Source of the DNA: Bacteroidota bacterium
GTDB lineage: Bacteria > Bacteroidota > Bacteroidia > NS11-12g > UBA955
DNA: 64,000 bases
Direction of reading: 5' to 3'
Assembly: GCA_046301955.1 (NCBI GenBank)
Contig: JBKCJE010000076.1
Span: 2,902-66,901, forward strand
Positions 57,273 through 64,000 of the stretch are shown one piece after another. Under the pieces are notes generated by a model. The model was not told the origin of the DNA. It searched no databases and was given only the letters and a program-made list of their open reading frames with translations. The position numbers and the translations under genes are program-made. Positions within the stretch are counted from its first letter, which is position 1, and each line of letters begins with the position of its first letter.

Positions 57273-60200
57273 ATGAGATTTTTGTTTCTGTCGTTCGCAC
57301 TGTTGTTGAATACCCTGGCTCAGGCACAATTGAGCGGAAATTATACCATTGGCGGCGCCACCGCCGCCACAAATTATGCCACTTGGTCTGATTTTACTTC
57401 GGCCATTTCAAGCAATGGGGTATCGGGCAATGTATCAGTTAAGGTGATGTCTGACCTCACCGTTACAGCAGCCGTAGAATTAAAACAAAACAGCAGCAAT
57501 CCAACATCGTCGAGCAAGAAAATCAGCATCGATGGGAATGGGAAAAAGCTCACAGGGTCGCTCATTTATGAGGTATTGTACTTGAATGGAATCGATTTTG
57601 TTGAAATCCAAAATCTGACCGTTGTTAACAGCACCACGGCGAGTACGGGGATTTGTGTGAGATTGGCGAACGGCGCCGATGACAATGTGTTGAGCAGCTG
57701 TGCGTTGGAGTTTTCGAATATCGCGAGTTCTGGCAGTCCGTCTGCTGCTTATTTGGCTTTTGCCACTTCTCAAAGCAATGTGTTGACCATCAGTTCATCG
57801 AACAATGGCGTGAGAAATACGATCAAGAACTGTACGATGACCACCACGGCGACCAACAGTCCGGGTCCATTGTATGCCATCGTGGACCAACAGGGTTCGG
57901 CGACGTATTCAGGAACGGGTACTGAGAATGCGATATCCGGAAATGTGATAAAGAACTTTTTCAAGACGGCGATTTTGTTGCAATACGTGAACGGTGAGGT
58001 GGTGTCTGGAAACGATATCAGCAGAAGTGCAGTGGGAGGGTCGGCACCGGTGGATACGGTTGTTACCGGTATTCGCATCACCAACGGTGCTTGTACCAAT
58101 GCATCGATTCAATTGGTGAATAACGCAATCCATGATTTGCCTTATTCGGGGGCAGGGTCTGGCAGCACCACCAATTACATTAGTCGTTTTTGGGGAATTG
58201 CTTGTGGTGCTGTATCGGGGAAGTCTACCTATCCTGTAGTGTTCTCTGGAAATGGATTCAAGCGCATTGCAGTATTGAACAACTTTGTGGGGATTGAAAT
58301 GGCGAAAGGACAGTATTTTCTGGTGAAGAAAAACGAGATGAATCGCCTTTTGGCGGATAAATCAGGAAACTCGTACGGGTTGAATATCCAAACGATCTCT
58401 GATTTGGATGTAGTTGGCAACGTGGTGCGCAGCTGTCAGTTTGGGTCGAATAGTGGTGGTGGAAGGGTCATGTTTTTTGGCGATTGCGGTAATGCGGGAT
58501 ATAGTTGGAATCGCATTGAAGACAATGTGTTGGACTCGAACAAAGCCGGAGATCAGTTGGTTTGTTTGGCTGTATATGACGATGGAGACTGGCAGATAAA
58601 CCGAAATAAAATTTTATTAAATCAGACCACATCAACCAAGAGCAGTTTCAACGGGGTGTATTTGTGGTTTCTGCACGATGTGGTTTTTAATTCGAATTTG
58701 ATTGCCCGTAACGAAGGCTATAATCAAACCGATAATTTTTACGTGGTGAATTATAACACAGGGTATAAGACCGAGGTACGCCAGAATACCGTTTACAGTA
58801 GGCCGAGTAGTTTGTCGACCCACGTGGGTTTGGGGTATTACTTGGAGGATGAGTCGGAGGTGACGTTTGTGGGGAATGTTTTGGATATTCGGGGTGATGA
58901 TTTTGGTTATGGGATCAATGTTTGGTCATCGACCAAAATGAAAGAATTGAATCACAATACATGTTTTGTGCGATTTGCGGGTGGAGAACAGTGGGGTGTA
59001 GAATCGAATTATTATAGCAGTTGGAGCGATTATAAAGCAGGGGGTACAGCCGGCAGCGGTGAGTATTTTGGGAACCCGGGTTGGGTAGATGTGGCAAAAA
59101 ATGATTTTCGGTCAGCGATTTTCGAAAACCAAAACAATGTACCTACCGTTGCCAACAACGACATGGATGTATCCGGTGTTAAGCGGTCTACGGTAAAATC
59201 TGATCGAGGCAGTACGGAGAGTGTGATGGATTTGGCGGCGGTGAAGACCACGTTTAGCATCGCATCGCAAATTTGTTCAGGGTATGAGGGCAAGGTGAAT
59301 ATCACGGTGAAGAACAATTACACCGATACGGCTTCAAAATTTAATGTGGCTTATTCATTGAATGGTGTTGCGACCAGACAGTGGGTGAGTAGCAAAATCT
59401 TGCCGAAGGATTCTCTGAGCATTGATTTTACTGTGCCATTGAAGATTTCGGCGGCTGGAAATGCCGTGATTCAGATTTTTGTTGAAGGGTTTGATGATGT
59501 GCGTAAGAACGATACGTTGACATTTAAGACGTTTGTAAAGCCGGCCCCTGGCGGTGGGTATTATGAGTTTTCAGCCAAGACGCAAACGGGGAACAATCCG
59601 GTCTATCAGCGCGGAAAACCCTTGGATGTGACTGTATTGGATGTGCCGGTCATTTATGATATCAAAGCACCTAGGTTGTATACGAATGCCCAATATGGCA
59701 GTGGTAGTACGAGTAAGTGGAATGCCAGTGTCTCGGCGATTTCGCCGAGCGGTCGCGCCGTGACGGGTGCAACCCTCACGGCGCCGACCGCTTCGGCTGA
59801 CCTCGAACTGCAATTCAAAACCAGTGATGCTGGATTGGAAGACAGCCTGATAACCATCCTACTGAAAATTTCGGACCTCAGCAATGGGTGTGATACAGTG
59901 TTGAAGCGACAGGTATTCATCTATCCGGCGGTAACGACAGATTTTACCTTGCCTAACAAAGTTTGTATCGGTGATACCGTGAAATTTGTCAATACCTCCA
60001 AATACAAATCGGGGTACGTAGAAAACTGGTGGAGCTATGGCACAGGTGATCCCAACGATACCTCCAACCTCGTAGACGGTGAATTCATTTTTAAGAAAGC
60101 GGGAACCTACACCGTGAAACTCCGTGGAACCACCAATCCCCATGGTTTCGTGTTTGAAAAATCCATGGCCGTAGTGGTGAATGCCATTCCGAAAGCTACG

Positions 60201-61721
60201 TTTACCCGACAAAATGCCTGTGTGGGTGAATCTGTGAAATTTGTCAATCAAACCACCCCTACAACGGCCAAAATGTATTGGGATTTTGGGGATGGAAAAG
60301 GCTTCGTACTCAACAATTCCACCAATATTTCCCTCAATTACGGCGCAGCCGGTACCTATGTGGTTACCCTCAAAGCAGATATATCTGGCTGTGAAGCCAC
60401 CGAAACCCAAAAAGTGTATCAATTTGTGGTACCCAAAGCATCCTTCAATACTTTGAGTGGTCGGTGCAACGGTGATGCCTTTACCTTTCAAAACAACAGC
60501 AGCATCGCCACGGGTAACATTGGAAGTAAATGGTACTTCAACCACCCCGATAGCAGTAGCAATGATCTAAATCCCAGTTACGTTTTCAATACATCCGGTA
60601 GTAAATCAGTGAAGTTGGTGGTTAAGTCGGAATTTGGTTGCAAAGACTCACAAACCCGCACTGTAACGGTGTTTGAATCGCCCAAAGTAGCTTTCAAATA
60701 CGATGCGGCCTGTATTCGTACATCTACCCAATTTACCAACGAAACCCCCGCCGTAGCTGGGGCAGTCGCTAACTATTCTTGGAATTTCGGCGATGGCAAA
60801 ACAGCCACGGCATCTTCTCCATTACACGGTTGGACATCCCTCGGCAAAAAGCAGGTTGTGTTTATAGTGAAGCTCGACAATGGATGTACTGATTCCACCA
60901 CGGCTTTGTTGGATATCTTGATGCAGCCAACGGCTGATTTTACGGCTGCTCCAGTGTGTTCTGGTGAGGAATTGTCGTTCCTAAACAAAAGCACAACCGC
61001 CTCAGGGACCATGTCCTATGAATGGGAATTTGGTGATAATTCTAATTCCACCTTAGAAAGTCCCAAAAAGCGATACACAGTTAAACAAACTACAGCCTAC
61101 AATGTAACGTTGGTGGTGCGATTGAAAGATGGATGCGCAGATTCGGTGACCAAAGCCGTGACCATCCAAGAGCTGCCTAGAACATGTGATTTTATGGCTT
61201 CGCCCGATTATCAATTTGCCTTCTTCGGCCTGGCGCTAGAGCCGGTGGATGATGTGCAGGTGGCTGGTGGACAGGCGGGCATTGATTACACTTGGACGGT
61301 CGCTGGATTGGGTATCAAGAATTCCAAAGACGTGAATGCCAAGGTGAACTATGATTTGCAACAGGATGGTGTGTATACGGTTACTGTGAAATCGGTGGTA
61401 AGGACCACGGGCTGCGAATGCAGTAAAACCAAACAGGTTGTTATGGATCGTGCTTCTGTGCAAGCCACGGATATTACAACTTTGCAAGTATATCCCAATC
61501 CTACCATTGATCTTCTGTGGGTGAGAATACCTTCAGGGATGCGTGCTACAGAGTACTGCATTCGCAATGCCATGGGCGCCCTGGTTGCGCAAGGTGCGGT
61601 CAGGGAGCAGTCACTCATCTCAGTGGATTTGCCACAACTTTCGGCAGGTCTATATACCCTTGAGTTGTTGGGTGATCAAGGCAAGAAAGAAGCCAAATTT
61701 GTGGTGGCGGATCATCGTTAA
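57273..61721 (+). CDS. Giant secreted protein: right-handed beta-helix-like N-terminal region, PKD repeats, T9SS type A C-terminal sorting domain
   Basis: The track start is TTG 57231. ATG 57273 gives signal peptide MRFLFLSFALLLNTLAQAQ. Repeated N/G/S/T-rich ~25-aa periodic segments. PKD repeats (YWDFGDGK, YSWNFGDGK, YEWEFGDNS, each with ...GC.DS). C-terminal LQVYPNPTIDLLWV...GLYTLELL. Confidence 0.8.
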   Translation: MRFLFLSFALLLNTLAQAQLSGNYTIGGATAATNYATWSDFTSAISSNGVSGNVSVKVMSDLTVTAAVELKQNSSNPTSSSKKISIDGNGKKLTGSLIYEVLYLNGIDFVEIQNLTVVNSTTASTGICVRLANGADDNVLSSCALEFSNIASSGSPSAAYLAFATSQSNVLTISSSNNGVRNTIKNCTMTTTATNSPGPLYAIVDQQGSATYSGTGTENAISGNVIKNFFKTAILLQYVNGEVVSGNDISRSAVGGSAPVDTVVTGIRITNGACTNASIQLVNNAIHDLPYSGAGSGSTTNYISRFWGIACGAVSGKSTYPVVFSGNGFKRIAVLNNFVGIEMAKGQYFLVKKNEMNRLLADKSGNSYGLNIQTISDLDVVGNVVRSCQFGSNSGGGRVMFFGDCGNAGYSWNRIEDNVLDSNKAGDQLVCLAVYDDGDWQINRNKILLNQTTSTKSSFNGVYLWFLHDVVFNSNLIARNEGYNQTDNFYVVNYNTGYKTEVRQNTVYSRPSSLSTHVGLGYYLEDESEVTFVGNVLDIRGDDFGYGINVWSSTKMKELNHNTCFVRFAGGEQWGVESNYYSSWSDYKAGGTAGSGEYFGNPGWVDVAKNDFRSAIFENQNNVPTVANNDMDVSGVKRSTVKSDRGSTESVMDLAAVKTTFSIASQICSGYEGKVNITVKNNYTDTASKFNVAYSLNGVATRQWVSSKILPKDSLSIDFTVPLKISAAGNAVIQIFVEGFDDVRKNDTLTFKTFVKPAPGGGYYEFSAKTQTGNNPVYQRGKPLDVTVLDVPVIYDIKAPRLYTNAQYGSGSTSKWNASVSAISPSGRAVTGATLTAPTASADLELQFKTSDAGLEDSLITILLKISDLSNGCDTVLKRQVFIYPAVTTDFTLPNKVCIGDTVKFVNTSKYKSGYVENWWSYGTGDPNDTSNLVDGEFIFKKAGTYTVKLRGTTNPHGFVFEKSMAVVVNAIPKATFTRQNACVGESVKFVNQTTPTTAKMYWDFGDGKGFVLNNSTNISLNYGAAGTYVVTLKADISGCEATETQKVYQFVVPKASFNTLSGRCNGDAFTFQNNSSIATGNIGSKWYFNHPDSSSNDLNPSYVFNTSGSKSVKLVVKSEFGCKDSQTRTVTVFESPKVAFKYDAACIRTSTQFTNETPAVAGAVANYSWNFGDGKTATASSPLHGWTSLGKKQVVFIVKLDNGCTDSTTALLDILMQPTADFTAAPVCSGEELSFLNKSTTASGTMSYEWEFGDNSNSTLESPKKRYTVKQTTAYNVTLVVRLKDGCADSVTKAVTIQELPRTCDFMASPDYQFAFFGLALEPVDDVQVAGGQAGIDYTWTVAGLGIKNSKDVNAKVNYDLQQDGVYTVTVKSVVRTTGCECSKTKQVVMDRASVQATDITTLQVYPNPTIDLLWVRIPSGMRATEYCIRNAMGALVAQGAVREQSLISVDLPQLSAGLYTLELLGDQGKKEAKFVVADHR

Positions 61722-61734
61722 CAACTCAGAATTC

Positions 61735-62082
61735 ATGAAATCGCTCAAAGAAAAAGAAAATCTGCATGTGGTGTTTTGGTTGGTGAAAGACTTTGCTTGG
61801 CTCATGCACTTCCGCGAATTGGGTATGGCGATGGCGCTACCAACCATAGCCCTCTCAATTTGGATTACTTGGAAGAGCTTCCGGTCTTCGGTGGCTGATT
61901 TTTATCACAATCTAGCCATCAGTTGTTGGATTTTCGGCAATGCCATTTGGATGACAGGGGAATTCTATTTCAACGATGAAATCCGGGGTGTGGCGATGCC
62001 TTTTTTTGGTGCAGGTTTGGTGGTGGTTGCTTACTATTACAGCTGGATTAAAGCGCGTACTCCCAAGTGGGGCGAAGACTAA
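61735..62082 (+). CDS. Small hypothetical membrane protein (115 aa, ~4 TM)
   Basis: Track ORF 61543..62082 trimmed to ATG 61735, 14 nt after the giant gene's stop. Hydrophobic segments rich in Trp/Phe. Confidence 0.5.
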   Translation: MKSLKEKENLHVVFWLVKDFAWLMHFRELGMAMALPTIALSIWITWKSFRSSVADFYHNLAISCWIFGNAIWMTGEFYFNDEIRGVAMPFFGAGLVVVAYYYSWIKARTPKWGED

Positions 62083-62085
62083 AAC

Positions 62086-62109
62086 AAAAAGGCCCCTATG
62101 CAAGAGGCC
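62086..62109 (-). terminator. Intrinsic terminator for the 62142..62837 lipoprotein gene
   Basis: The minus strand reads GGCCTCT-tgcat-AGGGGCC followed by TTTTT, with one mismatch. Confidence 0.4.
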
Positions 62110-62141
62110 CCTTCGCTAACTATAACCCATGAACAACTACA

Positions 62142-62837
62142 CTACCGTTGATGGCAAATGTAGAACTGTTTAAATTGAGACTCGCTCAGCGTGGATTTGA
62201 TGGTTTCCAATGCTTTGCGATAATTTACTGATAGCATAGACAAGTTTTTATTTGCATTTCGTTGCCTGCTAAATGCAGCGATAAAATCTTGTTGGTATTG
62301 ATCCATTTTTTGCTGAAACGATTGGTTGTCAATGTTTCCGTGCTGTAATGAGTCGATATCGGATGCGATTCTTTCTTTGTACTCAGATTTCAGGTCGACG
62401 AACAACTGATATTCATCGTTGAGAATCGGTTTTTGCAAGGCTGCGTAATCGATTAGCGTTTTTTCTAATGCTACGGATTGCTGTGCATTGAGGTTTAAGT
62501 TTGTTAGACATCTCCCAAAACCACGCTCTTTTAAAAATTCGCTATTGCATTCTTTTTTCCAAGGTTCCATTTGAGCGTTTGTATCCAGACTCGACAATGA
62601 TTTAAGGTGGTTCTCATTCACAAAATAATCGGCACTCAGAGCCAAATTTTCTATGCTAATTGCGGCCGCGGTGAGGTCGATACTGCTCTGAATTTTCTTG
62701 GTTTCCGATTCCGCCTGAGTAACGAGTGCTGTGATTTTGTCTGTAGCACTGACCGGCGCAATGGTGTTATCGCGACAACTCCCCAATGCAATGATCGCGA
62801 TGGTAGCAAGGACGGAAGGGTAGATGGACTTTTTCAT
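62142..62837 (-). CDS. Hypothetical helical lipoprotein
   Basis: Track ORF trimmed to MKKSIYPSVLATIAIIALGSCRDN (lipobox LGSC). Gln/Leu-rich helical sequence. No family recognised. Confidence 0.5.
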   Translation of the reverse strand: MKKSIYPSVLATIAIIALGSCRDNTIAPVSATDKITALVTQAESETKKIQSSIDLTAAAISIENLALSADYFVNENHLKSLSSLDTNAQMEPWKKECNSEFLKERGFGRCLTNLNLNAQQSVALEKTLIDYAALQKPILNDEYQLFVDLKSEYKERIASDIDSLQHGNIDNQSFQQKMDQYQQDFIAAFSRQRNANKNLSMLSVNYRKALETIKSTLSESQFKQFYICHQR

Positions 62838-62994
62838 TTCAGAAATCACAGACCCATAAACACCAAATTGAATCATTACCCCCAATAAAATCGAAACAAT
62901 GAGTGCGAAAGCGCGAAATATCACGGAGATAGGTTGGGAAGGATTCAATGAGATCAACGCATTGGGGTGGGTAGGGGGTTTGCCCAACATCGAT

Positions 62995-63002
62995 TACCTT
63001 TG
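62995..63002 (+). promoter_or_regulatory. -7 promoter box TACCTTTG for icmF
   Basis: TAnnTTTG 18 nt upstream of ATG 63021. Confidence 0.4.
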
Positions 63003-63020
63003 CAGTTCAACGCCAAATCA

Positions 63021-64000
63021 ATGGATACAACAGTGTACGTCCCGAAGAACAAGGTTAGGGTGGTTACCGCCGCCAGCTTGTTCGATGGTCACGATGCCGC
63101 AATCAACGTAATGCGCCGCATCATTCAGTCAACCGGTTGTGAAGTGATTCACTTGGGTCACGATCGCAGTGTGCAGGAGGTGGTGGAAACCGCCATTCAG
63201 GAGGATGCCAACGCCATTGCAATGACTAGCTACCAAGGCGGTCACAACGAGTACTTCAAATACATGTATGATTTGTTGAAGGAAAGGGGTGCCGAGCACA
63301 TCAAGATTTTTGGTGGTGGTGGCGGTGTGATTTTGCCTGAAGAGATCAAAGAACTCATGGATTATGGCATCACAAGGATATATGCTCCCGACGATGGCCG
63401 TGCGATGGGTTTACAAGGCATGATCAATGATTTGGTGATGCAGGCCGATTATCCCACAGGTGCGCATCTTCAAGGCGAAGAAAAGAAATTGAATACTGGT
63501 GTACAGGCCAAATTGGATATCGCGCGATTGATTTCGGCGGCCGAAAATTACCCCGATCAAAATCTGGTTGTTTTGAACGATTTGCGCAGCCAAGCCAAGT
63601 TAATCAAAACCCCTGTTTTGGGTATCACAGGTACCGGCGGTGCGGGTAAAAGTAGTTTGGTGGATGAGTTGGTGCGCAGGTTCTTGTCGGATTTTCCCGA
63701 GAAAAAACTGGCCATCATTTCCATCGATCCATCGAAAAGAAGAACTGGTGGTGCCTTGCTAGGAGACCGCATTAGAATGAATAGCATCAACCACGATCGC
63801 GTTTATATGCGTTCAATGGCAACCCGTCAGGCCAACTTGGCGTTGAGTTCACACGTAGACGATGCGGTGAGCATTTTGAAGGTGGCGGGCTATGATTTGA
63901 TCGTGGTGGAGACCAGTGGAATTGGTCAGAGCGATACCATGATCACCGAGCACAGCGATGTGGCTTTGTATGTAATGACGCCCGAATATGGGGCAGCGAC
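63021..64000 (+). CDS. icmF: Fused isobutyryl-CoA mutase (IcmF-like): B12-binding domain + MeaB-type G-protein domain; truncated by the window end
   Basis: Hand translation: [30 protein letters not shown] (DxHxxG B12 motif)...[17 protein letters not shown] (P-loop)...[11 protein letters not shown]. The reading frame stays open to position 64000. Absent from the ORF track because no stop is reached. Confidence 0.85.
   Translation, partial: MDTTVYVPKNKVRVVTAASLFDGHDAAINVMRRIIQSTGCEVIHLGHDRSVQEVVETAIQEDANAIAMTSYQGGHNEYFKYMYDLLKERGAEHIKIFGGGGGVILPEEIKELMDYGITRIYAPDDGRAMGLQGMINDLVMQADYPTGAHLQGEEKKLNTGVQAKLDIARLISAAENYPDQNLVVLNDLRSQAKLIKTPVLGITGTGGAGKSSLVDELVRRFLSDFPEKKLAIISIDPSKRRTGGALLGDRIRMNSINHDRVYMRSMATRQANLALSSHVDDAVSILKVAGYDLIVVETSGIGQSDTMITEHSDVALYVMTPEYGAA

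Noticed and set aside
59859-60545. A 228-aa ORF antisense within the beta-helix/PKD giant gene. Similar ORFs at 35324..35905 and 35680..36081 lie within the other giant gene.
   Set aside because: The sense frames are continuous for ~4.5 kb with PKD repeats. The antisense ORFs are Gly/Phe/His-rich, repeat-derived artefacts.
62899-63111. A 70-aa ORF that overlaps the icmF start.
   Set aside because: It is in a different frame from the strongly supported IcmF N-terminus and covers the icmF promoter box.

Overview
This 64-kb chromosomal window most likely comes from a member of Bacteroidota. That inference rests on a 287-aa RpoD-type primary sigma factor, T9SS type A and type B C-terminal sorting domains, TAnnTTTG -7 promoter boxes, an SdhCAB operon with a b558-type cytochrome subunit, and many lipoproteins. 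I call about 60 tightly packed CDS, and most are housekeeping genes: sdhCAB, ribE, grpE-dnaJ, icd, menB, adk, mnmA, rpoD, feoAB, aroE, ahcY and parE. I recognised no rRNA, tRNA, CRISPR array, transposase, integrase or phage gene. The content most worth a second look is listed here.

1. A compact nonulosonic-acid module at 22.6-27.4 kb. It holds an SpsF-type cytidylyltransferase, a NANS-like NeuB synthase, a KdsC-family HAD phosphatase, an uncharacterised GNGPS-motif transferase candidate and a convergent Wzx flippase. It looks like a 9-phosphate (KDN or sialic-acid type) route.
2. A molybdenum-cofactor operon at 47.5-53.8 kb. It starts with a lipoprotein gene, has a TauE/SafE permease translationally coupled to moaD, carries a MoaC-MogA fusion, and has a ChrA oxyanion transporter next door. 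No modABC, mobA or molybdoenzyme lies in the window.
3. Two proteins of about 1500 aa, both PKD-repeat T9SS cargos. One has a type B CTD with no adjacent PorP/SprF gene. The other has a beta-helix N-terminus and a type A CTD.
4. An ECF sigma, anti-sigma and outer-membrane-protein module, and an M48 peptidase with a long C-terminal extension coupled to a beta-barrel gene.
5. Non-coding structure: two convergent-gene terminators with the same stem sequence, a perfect 50-bp palindrome, palindromic and Fur-like sites at the feoAB promoter, and a recurring near-leaderless promoter-to-ATG spacing of 5-6 nt.
6. A 5'-partial fused isobutyryl-CoA mutase (IcmF-like) gene at the right edge, which is missing from the ORF track.

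Every call rests on motif recognition by eye, and no database search or folding calculation was run. Many track ORFs begin at TTG or GTG or are over-extended, so I re-assigned those starts.
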